Assembly: GCA_037379345.1 (NCBI GenBank)
Contig: CM074511.1
Coordinates: 28,960,862-29,024,861, forward strand
Reading direction: 5' to 3'
DNA: 64,000 bases
From: Perna viridis
Taxonomy: Eukaryota
Position 1 is the first letter of the stretch; each line of letters begins with the position of its first letter. Positions 1 to 13,899 of this stretch are shown piece by piece. A model generated the notes under the pieces. It searched no databases. It saw only the letters and a program-made list of their open reading frames with translations, and had not been told where the DNA came from. A program made the position numbers and the translations under genes.

Positions 1-687
1 AGAAGAGCGTCCTCAAGGTCAAAGGGTAAAAAGCGAAACTATACCGACTGCGTAGGAAAAAATATTCAAGCAAATTAATGACCTCTTCTCTATCTGCTAC
101 GGTTCTTAAAATATTAGCCAAAATATTTCTGATCTTTCGAGGGCAGTAACTCCATATTGTGCGTCCTTTTCTACCGACTCACTATGTTAAATCTTTTGTA
201 GGGCTTATCATAAGGATCATTTCATTAAACAAAAGATTCTTTTACAATTATAACTCTAAAAAGGAAGTATCTTGCAAGTTCAACCAAACTGAGACTTTTA
301 AGGACCTTATCACAAACATCCACATCTACTGTATCGTATATCAATTTCTATTATGGTTTTCAACAGGTTTCTTTCTTGAGTTTTTCAAGGGCAATTCTTT
401 CATAAAAAAATCTTTCATAAAGACATCTTATATACATGCAAACAAGGAAGTTTGATATCTATCTTAAGATTAAACTAAAGAAATAAATGTACACTGTGTG
501 GTGCAAATTGTACTTGTGATACACGCTTGGATTTGTTATAAACAATATTACATTGTAAATGTACAATTGATATTAAGTGCATCTTGAATAGTGCAATTCA
601 AAGAATAATTTATTCAAAGGCACAAAATACACTTTTTTATAATTTGTTATTTGTATGGAGAAGAATACTGTATACGAGAAAAAAATG

Positions 688-3006
688 GGTGTCATCCCAG
701 TTGCCCCACATTTTATAATTACAGGTAAAAATGTGTGGGACAAGTGGGAATTGTGTACATGTTAATTAGTTGTTTTCACACCCTTATTACAATAGGTAAT
801 TATGTATAGTCTTTTTCTGAATATTATCTAATTGTATTATGTAGTATCTATAGATAAATTGTTCCTGAAGTATATTTATTGCTATAAAATATGTAACTTA
901 TTATAAAATAAAATAGATCTTTTCCAATCCTTTGTACTGATGCCTGGTAACAGAGGGAGATATTCCATGTGGATAGTTTGAATGCATTTTGAACTGTGCT
1001 TTTTGATGATGCTTTTTCCATATTAATATTTTTCTCCTTGGGTGATAATTGAAACAACAATAATTTTTTCTAATATTTATTAATTGCTTTATGATATATT
1101 TCAATATTTATGAAAATAACAAGATTCACAAAAATTAACAGAGAATGATAATAATGCACTATTACAGTATAAAACAAACAATAAAATGTTCATGCACTTC
1201 TACCCAAGGTGAATAAGCTGAGATGCTGCATCAGCATAATTGATAACTGTGATTTCCTCGTTGCGTAGTCTTTGTTTGAGTAGTTGCAGTCTGTTGTCAA
1301 TATTTCTGTATTTGCTGCGCTTTCTTGTTGGTAGTCCCCCTGCTCTAATTTGGATGATATTTACTTCATTGGCTGACTGGATCTGCTTGAGATGAGTAAT
1401 GGATGTGTAGATGTTCGGATGTGCCTGCTGTATTTGTTTCTTAATCTTGGAATGCCATCCCTCTAAGTGGTTGGTTGTTCTGGATTCATCATTGTCAAAG
1501 TGGTTCCAGATTTGCTAATCAGACTCTTCCCACTGCGTTGTTACATAGTCTGTAAATGGTTTTGTGTTGATGTTAATATCGGCATTTTCCAAGTCAGTCA
1601 AAGCATTAAACCACACATCTTCTACACTCTGCAGAGGAACTAAGGGTAGCACTGCTGCTCTGCGTACCAGTGTCTTGATGACTTCATTTTCTTTGTACTG
1701 TGTTTGTAGTCCTGATTGCTGTGTCTTCCTCCAAATACACTGCGTGAAATGAAAAAAACACCCTCGAATTGCAATGTTAGGAAAGACAGTCTTTGCTGCA
1801 TTGATTGTCGCAGTCTCGAAGTCCAGAACAAAAGTTGAAGGCTGAAGTTGAAGTTGCTGGTTTGTGCAGTTGGTATGTACAATACTAAAAAACCTTCTGT
1901 AAACGTCTTCACTCTTGCCAGGGAGTAGACCATAAACAAGAGGATACATCTGACCATTTACTTTGCCATGAATTGTGTAGAGTTGAGTAAATACAGAAGG
2001 GCAGGTGAAGAATGTACCATCTCCAAAGATGGTGTCGTTATTGGCTAGTAGTTGAAGATTCTGTTGCGTTGCGAAGACCAATATGCGTTGTCCAGTGTTG
2101 TCATCTGCAAGAAGGAACTGTTCACCAGCTGATGTTTGGGTCCATTGACCTTGTAAATCTATGTCGTTGGTTGATGTTGGCAACTTTGGTAGTAGACGGG
2201 AACGTTGTCTATAAAGTATGCTTCTAGAAGACTGGAATGTTGGTAGTTTTTCAACCATATTTTGTACTTCTTCATTCCATTTAGGTGTTCTCAATTTTGC
2301 TACCTCTTCATCATAGAGTTTTGGTACAGCTGTTGCTTCTTCTCTACATCTTTTTTTTTATTGTGTTTAACACCTTTGCTGCCTCTAACTTATATGGCTC
2401 TGCTCTGTGGTTGTGTTGAGTGTTGTAACCTACTGGTATGTTGTTTAAGGTTCTTATAGTAGCTGGGCATGTTCTGACAGGACACCGCCAGTAAACCCTT
2501 TCTTCACGACGATTCTTTACCTGGAAACGGTAATTGTTGTGAACAAGACTTTGTCCACCTCTACTGTTCTCTATGAATTCTATGTTTAGCTGTGCATTAG
2601 CCATTTTGACTTGGATTCAAGTTGACATTTTTACTTTCTATATAATCCTCTTTTGAGATGTGTTCACATTGATTTCAACAAGCTGAAGTGGCATGTTGCT
2701 CATAAGCAAGCCCACTTAGAAAGAAATTGATTAGCCAATAAATGTGGTCAGTTATTAAAAGTTATTATATGACTGCTGGTTTAATTAGTTAAAATAATTA
2801 ACTTCACTTATTATTTTTATTATTATTATTATTTTTTAATTCCAATCAAAAATATGTATCTACATGTATATGACTAGATGGTGATAGTGGAGTACTAGAA
2901 AAAGACTATAACTTTGTCAAAACACTAATTAATTATTTGTTGTTATAAGAATGTTGGACAACTGGGAATATAGTTTTTTCAAATGTGGGACAAATGGGAA
3001 TAAACC
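688..3006 (-). mobile_element. Mutator-like (MULE) DNA transposon, near full length
   Basis: Imperfect ~26-bp TIRs (GGTGTCATCCCAGTTGCCCCACATTT from 688; right-end reverse complement GGTTTATTCCCATTTGTCCCACATTT ending 3006). Exact 8-bp TSD AAAAAATG at 680-687 and 3007-3014. Subterminal TG(T/G)GGACAA.TGGGAA repeats. Encloses a transposase. Confidence 0.92.
1200..2604 (-). pseudogene. FLYWCH + MULE DDE transposase (~467 aa when repaired), two lesions
   Basis: N-terminal FLYWCH-type finger (YWRC..C...HNH), then DGTF, LDFE, GCFFH and, past the stop, RTTNHLEGWH. One +1 frameshift in the T9 run at 2351-2359 and one in-frame TAG at 1515-1517. The same frame continues to a stop at 1200-1202. Confidence 0.92.
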
Positions 3007-3375
3007 AAAAAATGTAATGATATGATGTCTTCCTCGAATGCCAATATTTTATATGTTACCTATTCCTTGAATGCCAACAAAAATATTTCAATAGATGTTT
3101 ATATTATAACAACAGGTGTTTTTTTAACAATTGAAATGTTTTTACAGGTATTTAACTGTTGAGATTAATTAGTTGATAAATGGAACATTTTATACCTTTT
3201 TTCATATGGAAAACAGCAGATTTAAAAATATGTAAGAATATAATAAACTTGAATTATTAAAAATTTGTAAAAATATAATAAAATTTTAATATTTGTTTTA
3301 CTTTTTTTAAGAAATGTATAAATTATATACAAAAATATTAATGAAATTCAGAAATTTAACATCAATAAACATTAT

Positions 3376-3571
3376 CCTACCGGTGCACCTGGTCCATGCT
3401 CCCAGTTTTTAGTGGATTCCCAGTTGCTCATTTGCTTTTGTTAATTTGTATGTATGATTTTCGTTACTTTATGTTCTTTGTTGTGTATGTCAGTTTTCCA
3501 TGTCCGGTCTTTGTCCCTGGATTACATTCTTTTTATTACCACTATAACCTTGGTACCCTTGATTACTCTTT
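3376..3571 (+). mobile_element. 3'-end fragment of the Penelope-like family at 25810-27317
   Basis: Matches the 27122-27317 region (CCTACCGGTGCACCTGGTCCATGCTCCCAG...CTTGATTACTCTT). Confidence 0.9.
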
Positions 3572-5875
3572 CAAACTCTGAACTTTATATTAATGATTCA
3601 TTTCATTCTTTATCATTCTAGTGTTTTAACTAATTTATATGAATATATTTATTTTCTGCTATTTATGCCTCATGTGATATCAAATTATGGTAATAAGAGT
3701 ATAGTCCGTAAACCACTAACAGCAAAAACTGATCTCCTACATTGTGTAGCAATTACAAATATTTTATTTAACTGAACAAAAACGTCATACTTAGTTACCT
3801 ATCTGTTAATTAGTATGAGTGTTTTGATAAGCATGCACCTTTGTTGTTATAACCACTGACACCTATTCCTTGAATGCCAACAAAATTTTGCAGGTAAATA
3901 GTCGGTAGATCAAAGGATGTTGGCATTCGAGGAATAAACCAATGATATGGTTTTGATAATAAATAAGGAAATGGAGAATTTCTCGGGCTTCCTCACGACG
4001 AATTTTATCTCTCAGTGGTCTAATATATTTTATTTCTGGTAAAACCAAAACAAAAAACAAAAAACCCAAAAAAAAACAAAATACAAAAAACAAAAACAAA
4101 CAAACAAAGAAGTCAAAGTCTTGTTTGGTCAGTTGTTTGTGGTGTTATAAAAAAATCAAGTCATTTCACTATATTAGCACTTTTTATGGCAATGCTAGAT
4201 CATATAAGTTATTCGCGATCTTCACAGGGGATATACATGTAAATTCATATTTCCTGAGCCCTAGATAAAAATTCATGTAGAATGATAACAGGGAACATGA
4301 GACCATATCCCTTTTGAATATTTCGAATAACAATGATATTGTGCTTTGAATGTTTTTCTAGTAATGCCTTATGCTTTTTTACGTCATCAATGACTGAATA
4401 CAAACAACTTTTGATATTAGTTCACATTTTAAAATTAATGAAACTTTCACATTCATTTTCAAAAAGACGCTGACATCCTGCATGGTTTCTCATATGGTCC
4501 TTTATACAAATAAACGTATTTGTTTAATTCTACTTTCTTTAAAACTATACATTTCCTGATCCGCTTCCATATCTCCAGGTCTACATCAGGGAATGATCCC
4601 ATGACTAGTGGATTATAGGTCTGTATATCGACGATGTCACTGCTGATGGACAGTAGGTCGGTCCCCTAGGGTATTTACCAACCCAGTAGTTAGACTTGCC
4701 TGACCACGAAATATATATCATATATTATTTACCGAAGTTTGCCGTAGCACAGATTATACCAAGATTTCGTTCCTTGTATTAAACATGGGGCAAAATAAAG
4801 CAGAGCCTTTGAATTACAATGGTACTAGAACTTTTCTGTGATGTATTTGGATTCCTAAATGTATTTCTATTTTTCATGTTTTTATTTTGAGTACTTTTTG
4901 AATAGAATTTACTTTTCAAGCTCGAACTCAGAAATTTGGAATATTTATATAAATGGTATTTTACATTTTGAAATACCAAACGACCGGAACCGAACTTTGA
5001 ATACCGGGTGAATACAGACACACAATGCAGATTATGTCGGCTTGCAATTTTGTTCTGGTCAAACTTAAGTTAGTTTCGAATCATCTATTACGTTGCACTC
5101 CATGCAAGACAGAAAAAGAACGTACAAATCATAGATTAAATTTCAATCATAATGGATAGTGGTAATTGAAACGATACACCGAAGATTCCAAAGGTTACTT
5201 TAAGTTAAAATAAGTTTATTACAGAAATAAAAGTGGGAATCGGAGTATGTATGAAAGAGACTGCAGTCTATGAGCCTCCAAATTACATCATGTTTTTGAA
5301 AAGAGTGTATTTACAGACATCAAAATAAATTGATTACACCTTTGATCATTTGTTACACTTGAACCATCGTTATTCCTGTCTTTGTTGAATAATATTAATC
5401 CACCTTAGACGGGCGTTTTCCTTTTGCGACAAAATAAAGGCCTTTTTGCGCCAGTACTCCTTTTGTACTAGTTTACTTTTCGATGTTTGTAGTTAAATTG
5501 CGTTAATGAATTTAGTATCCTTTGGCGCCAGAATACAAGTAATTATATATTTGATATTGTTTTAGTACTACATTAGATGCGTGGTGTGATTATTGTATGT
5601 TATTCACCATTTTTTTTAAATCTCTTTCTAATTGGTTGTTCATCTTATATTTTAGGTCAATCTAAATGACTGCGTTACAGTTACATCCGTAAACGAGTGA
5701 ATATGGCTTTCTTTTTTAAAACAGCTACGGGACATGTTAGCGACAGACGGACGGACGAGCAATACTTTAACCATTATAAACAAAAAGAACAATTAAACCA
5801 TTTACATATACATTTTCTAGTTACTTCTCCTTTCTTTTCGTTAATTTTAAAATAAAATTAAAATAAAAATATTTT

Positions 5876-5935
5876 TGTTTGTTGGGGTTTAACGTCCGAG
5901 CAGTAATATTTCAGCTATATTCAGACGATTAAAAA
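5876..5935 (-). mobile_element. 5'-truncated tail of the SINE-like family at 52494-52992
   Basis: Reverse complement of ATCGTCTGAATATAGCTGAAATATT...GGACGTTAAACCCCAACAAAC. Confidence 0.8.
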
Positions 5936-6845
5936 TGAAAATAAAAGAAGTAAATAGTTATAATAAGTAATTTATATTTGGGTTTTATTCCGGATACGTT
6001 TTGAAATATATATGTATTTTTTATGTTTCTTTTCGTTAATTTATTTATTTCCAACTCATTTTCTTTATTTAATAATCGTTTTACTTTAGATTTTTACCTT
6101 TTTGATATTTAATTTACTTATTTGTACATGTATTAAGCGGAAAAGGTCGTCTTTTTCTAGCGAAAAAGGACTATACTGAAAATATACGATTTTTATCCAA
6201 TTGACGCAAAAGAATGAGTGCACTAGGGTCATATTTAGACACCCAAATAACAACATTATTTGATATTAGAAAAGGTGTGAAAGTGATTTAAAAAAAAATA
6301 ATAAAGTAGTGTGTTTTAAAAGTGAAATGATTTTTCCCCTATTTTTAAGGTGGTAAGTCCTAAGGAAAAATCATTTGCAATTTGATTTAGTGAATGATAT
6401 CTGCTAGACTGTTTAGGGATTTTTTTTGTTTATTTGTCATTATATGGTGTGGTCTTTCAAAACATGAAGTATTTGAAAAGTAATTAATTACATGTTCAAA
6501 AGTATATGAGAAAAATCAAATACATCTAAAAAGTAATTGCAATGTAATGTACTTAACAAATTCTCCGAAGTAATTGAAAGTATTTAATTACTTTTAAAAG
6601 TTTTTGAACCCTTCCCTAACCCGGAGTCTGCCTTCACTTGACACCCAACCCCGAAACAGTTATACCGGCTCAGTGAGATTAAATGATAGTTTATTTTTAG
6701 TATTGTAAATTAGTGACAAACCTTCGATCATTCAAATACATGTATACCTAGGTAAAATATGAATGCGTAAATGTCAAACTTTTTTACCTTGTCAAATACA
6801 TGTATGAATAACAAACGTATTTATAATACTGTTTTATTATTGCAG

Positions 6846-9800
6846 TCATATATGCGATTATAAAAGATAATACCACCGCTCAAAACACATCTTTACTCGA
6901 CAACGGAGGAATGTCTTCCTCAGTAGTTGACCAAACATCGCAAGTACTAGAGATATCGCCGACTTTTGTTTATAATACAGGAGAAGTTGTAACTTTTGTA
7001 CAATCTATTTTAAGTTCCTCCTTTCCAACAACAACTACAGATGTATTCACTTCGGTAATTACATCATTTGGTATTCAAACGTCGGATCAGAATGTTCTTA
7101 CTAGCTCTTCTTTATTAGTGGATACAAATATCGTTAGTTCATCATCGGCCACAGGGTCCGAAATTTTGGAACTTCAAGACTCAACAAATACAACTAGCGT
7201 TAGTTCATCATCGACCACAGGGTCTGGAATCTTGGAACTTCAAGACTCTACAGATACAATTAGCGTTAGTTCATCATTGACCACAGTGTCTGGAATCTTG
7301 GACGACTCTACAGATACAAAGAGCGTTAGTTCACCATTGACCACAGGGTCCGGAATTTTGGAAGACTCTACAGATACAACTTATGTTGGTTCATCATCAG
7401 TCGCAGGATCCGGGACCTTGGCTGACTCTAGAACTACTTCAAGTTTACCATTGGGTGCTACCTCGAGTTCTGTACCATTGTCGGGAACTCTGGTGGATTC
7501 ATCGACGACATCAACAGAATCCTTAATTCCAGCAACCACTCAGGAATTTATCTCTGCATCAGATAGTCTTACCAGCATTTTACTAGGTACACACACTACA
7601 GTTTGCATAAGCTGTGTTCAGTGGAGTTCCTCTCATACATTAAGTGCTAAAAGTGATACCATTTCAAAACAAGGAACTCTTTCGGCGTCGGCTGATTCTA
7701 TCTTTTTCGCCTCTACCATGAATACGACTATTCAAGTCGCCGAAAGCTTCGGTACTAATTATAGAAGTGATTATTCATTATCAGTAAATACCCAAGTGAC
7801 TGATATGGGAACTTCTTTAAACAATTATAATAGTGTAAACACACCTGAATGGTCACAGGTCTCAAACTATTTCACCTCTGATATGTTATTGACTCAATCA
7901 GCGTCTTATGGTGGAGATTCTACATTACAAAACACTACTGCCACTTCTTCAAATGTTTTGCCATCGTTAGGACCAATGTCGACTTCGGCAATTAAAAGTG
8001 AAAGTGTTCAGTACTCGGTTTCAGCGACGAAGACAATTACTGAAGATCTACAAAATTCTTCACGTTTAATTTCTATATCAAGTTTAAATGGATTTACGAC
8101 GGATCAGGTAACATTAAGTTCAAATTTTAGTTTATCATCTTCCTCGAGTGATTTACCTGGGATTTCTACAAGGACGTTAATATTTCAGACCACTGTTTTA
8201 CCAACAAGTGGGTCAACGCAAACCGTTACATCGGGCATCTCACCGACACGAAGCAGCTATGAACTTGGACAATCGACTACCGTTTCTTCGGCCGCTGACC
8301 AACCGAGCTTGACCACGCCCATTAGATCAGGTGTTACTTCCGCATTGGATAACATGCCTTCATCGTCAATATCACCGACGGAAAACTCCTACATAGCCGA
8401 CCTACAAAGACAATTAAATGGTAAGATTAACAACCAAGGACATTAATATTTTGCGCTAGGTTGTCATTTACATTTATGCATACGTAATTTTATTTACATC
8501 TGAATGAATTAAATGCTTCAATTGTTAATTACACTTGAAGACCGAAGTCAAAATTTTAGGCTGTATTTTATCAATATAAATTGAACTTAGTTTATTTAAA
8601 TATCATTTAAGATTAAGATAGCCATACCGTCGTAGTTATTACCAGATTGGATGTCATATACTATACCTTAAAAATTTCATCGCTTCATTATTATAATTTT
8701 AATGTTTTACAAAATACATGTACTCTAACACTTATTGTTTTTATGTTGGGTGGAACATACAAAATATTTCCACACCAAATCTTCAGCTTATACAATAAAA
8801 TCATGATGTATAATTATAGTTCTTTTAAAATACGTTTCAACCTATGAAACTGCTGTGGTCGACGAGACACAAGACAGAGGGTTGTATGCTTAAACAATTT
8901 AGACTTTTTTGTTTTGCAACTATTTACTTCATAAACGTCTCATCATCACAGGCTTTTATAAATACGTGCAAAGGTAAACAAAATGAAACCATTAAATGAT
9001 TGAATAAAACACATAGCGAGAGTATCATTCCATTGTATCATTTGTCATAGAGGTATTTGACGTGTACAATATATTTAACCTTAAAATTTACCGAAAGAAA
9101 TAAAATCGTTGAACTGATATAATTCATAGTTACTACTGCTTTATGTTTCCTTCTGGAATTTTAGATGTAGAACTATTGAAATCCGAAGACCGGTCTGCAT
9201 TTTATTGTTCACTTCCGGGAAATTAAAACGCTGTATCGCTACGCAAAATCTACTATTTTATGCTTTTCTTAACATTTTTATCCAGTAGAACTAGATATTT
9301 GTCATTTTTTATTAGTATTTTTTTCACAAAAAGATATTTTGCTTTTAACATTGAAGTCAGTGCTATGTTAATGACTAATCTCAATGCATTTGAATGGGAG
9401 ATGAGGACCCATTCTCATGAAATCACGGAGTCACGTGACGAGACTTACATACCCTTGTTTGTTGGGGTTTAACGTTTGAGCAGCTGTATTCAGACGATAA
9501 AAAATGGCTTACATACCCTATTACTAAATTTAATATTTTGTACTTTTAAATTATACCATCTGTCATTAGTGTACTAGGTATGTAGATACATGTTGTTGAA
9601 AAGTGGAATGGATTCTGAAGCTTACATGCGCTTACAAAAGTAGAAACAATATGTTGTTGTTTTATTCGTTGTCGTCCGTGCGAGACCCCGAAGGGTATTC
9701 AAGGATGACTTTGTTAAAAAAAAACTAAGTCAGTTTTTGTTGTATATGTAGCTTAAGGAGGTAGACTTAGAGTAAGGGACATAACTCTTGAAATCATATA

Positions 9801-12800
9801 TTGTATCATATTATATTTCACCAGAGCCTATTAAGTTTTCAATGGAAACAGAATGAAATCAGTCCAAGTTACTTTGATACTTACAAGAGATTGAAGTAAA
9901 AGGCTGAATACAAACGTTCCAATGATTTGTAAAAAATCGTGTCCTTTACTTTAGGTCTACCTCCTTAAGTGTATTTTTTTTAAACTGAACTATATGTAAA
10001 TGTAGCTAGACAGTTATATGTCACAGTCTCAAATAAAATGTTTTAAACTGGTTTCAATGACGATTGAGCAGATATTTTTATGTTTTAATTTGTAGATTAT
10101 AAAGACATTGAAAACTCCTATAAAATAGCAGTAATAGTTCTCTCCCTTATATTGGTATTATTGATAGTGCTTATAATAGTGTATATATACCGAAGGAGGT
10201 AAGTAATAGCTTCGTCATACATTATTCAAGTCTTTATACAATTTATTACAACTGTTATGTAAACTGCGTACTGTTTCTAACTTCCATTGACCTTAAGTGG
10301 TGTAATCAACGGGGGAGGGGTTAGAATTTGGACCCTTTGTTTGGAAACTTCTGTTAATTTTATGCAAAATAAGACTAAACAGGAGCAAATGATAGCCAGC
10401 AGGAACTCCTCCTTTTAATATCTGGATTGGAACCCATATTTTCTGGGTCCTTCCCAGGACTTTACCCAATTGCATTCTGACTTACAATGGTATTCCTCAA
10501 CAGATTCATTGTATGCTGTCTCAATGACATTTTTGTTTTGGAAGTGTAATCCAGGGAACCAAGATTCTAAATCAAACGAATGTAGTCCAGGGACAAAGAC
10601 CAGACATGGAAAACAGACACACTACAAATAAATAAAATAACACATAACACATACAAAGTAACAAAAGCAAATGAGTACCTCGGACTCCACTAAAAACTGG
10701 GAGCATGGATCAGGCGTACCGGTAGGGTAAACGTCCTCTGCTTGCTTTGAAACACCCGTTTTGGAACATTATTTATGATCTTGATCATCTATAAAAATTG
10801 CATAATGCAGGCTAAAATAACGTTTTTTTTTTTTACCTATTTAACTGTCTCTTATCAAAACTCCTTCCATTTACGTTATGCTGGTATAATATTGTCGTAA
10901 AAATACATTTTGTATATGTTTGAAACTATGTTTTGCGTATTTCAGAAAGTACTACCAAGAGAAACAAGCTCGACTAGGCGGAGCAATAGACGAAGATTTG
11001 TTAGACCCCCAAGCAGTATGTATATTTTAATACATTTCGATCATACATGGAAAACTCTGCATCACATCGTGTATCTTGACAAAAACTAAGACCTCTTACT
11101 AGAGGGCGTATATTGATCCAGGGTAATACGGCATGCGATACTGAAATACATTTTTGCAATTATAATGTACATTTTATAAAACATTACAATAAAAGAGTAT
11201 GTCAGTATGCACGTTATTTTTCTATGATGTATTTTTTTTCATCACAATCTTAAGTTAAGGTTGATGACGTCACAGTTATAACAATAATCGGTCCATAACA
11301 GATGAATAACCGAAACTTTTATTGCTTCCTGATAGTATAGTTCTGTTTTGAAAAATCATGCCGAGAGTGATACTCCCACTATTTAATTTTAAAATACAAG
11401 TATTTTCAAGAATCGGGCAAAATGGAAAAAAATCTGAAACATGCATATCTTAAACCCACCTACAGATAATTACTCTTACTCAAAGAAGTTCATTTTATTT
11501 GAAACGATCAACATTTGGTCCCTGCATGACTAGAGGTAGTGGGATTTTTTCATAAGAATAATTGACAAAAAAATATTTTGTCAAAGTTGTCTGCCCATGA
11601 AATGTTCTTTTAGGGTGTATTAATATTTTAATTATGAAAACTGTAACTTATTTTATCAAATTGGCATGAACAGTCCTATGTTCATTTACCAATTGAAACC
11701 AAATTTGGTGTGAATGTTTCTTAGGGTATCCTGCATAACACTGATGTGGGGATTTTTGATCCGTCGAAAACCATGGCTGCTGTTACTAAGAATAAAAGAT
11801 AGGGGTCAGACAGTAGTTATTCGCATATATCTTCATAACTGTTAGGTTTAGCCAAATTCTGCCAAGGATAAAAGTGTTCAGCATGATGAAGTCTATCTGT
11901 GGTCAAAATTTCATTTTTATTCTGTGAAGCCATTTTGGAATTATTGCCCTTTTTCTACGTTATTTTGCTATTTTTAATGTTATATCTTTCATTAGTCTTC
12001 TCCTCTGAAACTGCGTGACCAATTGGAACCAAAGTTAGTAGGAATTTTCCTTGGGGTATCCTGCATAGAACTGATTTTTGGATTTTTGATCCGTCAAAAA
12101 CATGGCTGTTGTTACTAAAATAGAACTAAGGTGGTCAGACAGTAGTTTTTCACTTATTATATCTCCATAACCGTTAGGTTTAGCCAAATTCTTTCAACTG
12201 CTGAAATGATCATTGTTATAAAGCCTACAAAAATCACCAGGGATCAAAGTTGTCAGACGACTCCTTGTAAAAGTTGTTGCCCTTGAAGGACAAAAAATGA
12301 CAATTTTTATTAACAGTTTTCAGCCAATATCTTGAAAACTATAATAGATAGAAAGAAACTCTCAGTTGCTGAAATGATCCTTATTATAAGTTCTAACCAA
12401 AGTCTTCTTGAGCCAAATTTTTGGAGAACTCTTTGTTAAATTTATTGCCCTTGATAGACAAAATTTAAGTAGATGAGCGATTGACTTGTTTTTTAGAAAG
12501 CAACCAAATTTAAATGCAAATATCTGCTAACCCCACCGTTAATTTCATTTATTGATTGGAAACATTATCAATGAGCGGATCCAGATTTTTTTAAAAGGAG
12601 GGGTGCCAGCCGGGGTTTCTCAGGAAATGGGGGAGGAGGAGGTGCTTGGACATTTTTGTCAATTTTACACATGAAAATGACAATTTTTTCAATAAAAAGG
12701 GGTGGTGCCAACCCCGCTGCACCACACCTTTGGATCCGCCACTGAATATCTGTTGTGCCTTCGAAATGGTCTCCAGTATGAAGAATGACGAACAACAGAA

Positions 12801-13048
12801 AACAATAGATTGATATGTGTTTTCCTTTTTTACTTCAGCAAATGAGACAAAAGCCGTACTTTGATCCACAGCAGTCTGCTAATTTACGAATAAGTGGGCG
12901 TATTAGTACAGCCTCATTGGGAGAAGACAAGGGTGGAGACGAACCTATGAATCTTTTAGGGTCGTTTAATCGGGGAAGGAAATCCGAAGACTTCAAGGAG
13001 GAACTAAGTGAAGAAAATGCAAATTACCACAAAGATGTGACATTGTAA
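6846..13048 (+). CDS. Ser/Thr-rich type I membrane mucin-like (sialomucin-like) protein; 5' exon(s) not identified
   Basis: Phase-compatible GT-AG exons: 6846-8420 (S/T-rich ectodomain), 10096-10198 (TM helix IAVIVLSLILVLLIVLIIVYIY followed by RRR), 10946-11015 (KYYQEKQARLGG...), 12839-13048 (tail ending HKDVTL*). Splice phases 1/2/0 join in frame. Confidence 0.85.
7132..7430 (+). repeat. Coding tandem repeat, ~5 units of 60-66 bp (VSSSSTTGSGILELQDSTDT-like)
   Basis: Repeated GTTAGTTCATCAT.GACCACAGGGTC.GGAAT.TTGGAA...GACTCTACAGATACAA units, all in frame. Confidence 0.9.
9145..9522. repeat. Interspersed repeat (second copy ~24695-24990) carrying a nested SINE tail
   Basis: Aligns with 24695-24990 (TATTGAAATCCGAAGACC...GCATTTGAATGG). 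SINE tail 9456-9507 (minus strand) is flanked by direct repeat CTTACATACCCT at 9444-9455 and 9508-9519. Confidence 0.75.
9757..9964. mobile_element. Kolobok-like MITE (TTAA target), copy 1
   Basis: TTAA|GGAGGTAGAC...GTCTACCTCC|TTAA. The TTAA TSD with purine-purine termini fits Kolobok rather than piggyBac (CC termini). Three copies in the window. Confidence 0.8.
10541..10758 (-). mobile_element. 3'-end fragment of the Penelope-like family
   Basis: Reverse-complement match to the 27085-27317 region. Confidence 0.85.
11560..12485 (+). repeat. Composite repeat with internal tandem subunits (Helentron/HINE-like)
   Basis: 11688-11860 is duplicated at 12018-12190, TTATTGCCCTT motifs recur, and the element ends near GATGAGCGATT. 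The family assignment is from resemblance only. Confidence 0.55.
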
Positions 13049-13677
13049 CACATAATGTTGGATTATTAAGGATCTAATTTTCTTAAAAATCACTATTTCT
13101 AAACTATTCTTACGAATTCAAGCTACGCGCGTCGCTGACTGAAGCAATATGCGCAGCTGTATGAAGTTTTTGTGGAGTTGTAACGCATGGTGTCGAATTT
13201 GTGGATTGTGGATCTCTTGAGACACACTTATACCATATTTTGAAGGCTTCCTACGAAGTCTGTTCGTTGACGTTCTATTATAAATACAAATGTATGTGTA
13301 GTATGTTAGCTATAATTTCTTTAAATTTTATGGTTTTAATGTCACGCCATCTTTTGGCTTTATATTAACTACATGTATATACTAGAATATGTTAATTGTC
13401 ACTAGTAATTGTAAAGAAAATGTTAATTTATGAAATGACATATATTAATTGACTGTCAGAATAATTAGCGTCGAAATTATAGGTATTTGTATAGTCTAAG
13501 AGTTTATGACATGTTAAGGCTTATACTTACAAAAGGTTGTGATTATTTTAATTTCTAACCATCATATCATATTGAGTAATGTAAGAGATAATTTTTACCA
13601 GGCATCTTTAGTGTTACATTTTTTTGTTATGCAGTGCAATATAACGATTTTAATATAACTTTTTTGTAAGTACTTAA

Positions 13678-13896
13678 GGAGGGAGACTTAGTGTAAGGGA
13701 CAAAACTCTTGAAATCAGTGATATGTTTGTATCATTTTCAATTTCACCACTGTCTTTCAAGAATTCATTTGAAACAGAATAAAATCAATCCAAGTAGTTT
13801 GATGCTTACACGAAATTGATGTCAAATGCTGAATTCAAACGTTCCAATGATATATAAAGAGTTGTGTCCTAAAGAAATTACCTTAGGTCTACCCCT
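13678..13896. mobile_element. Kolobok-like MITE, copy 2
   Basis: TTAA flanks and colinear with 9757-9964. Confidence 0.8.
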
Positions 13897-13899
13897 TTA

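Noticed and set aside
4600-4880. Retrozyme-like fragment
   Set aside because: It resembles a structured repeat (CACTGCTG.TGGAC...CCC.AGGG...CCAGTAGT), but no CTGANGA/GAAA hammerhead core is present and there is no second copy in the window.
5411-6230. Fourth MULE-type MITE
   Set aside because: The left end resembles the 56043 TIR, but the right TIR is decayed and no TSD can be read.
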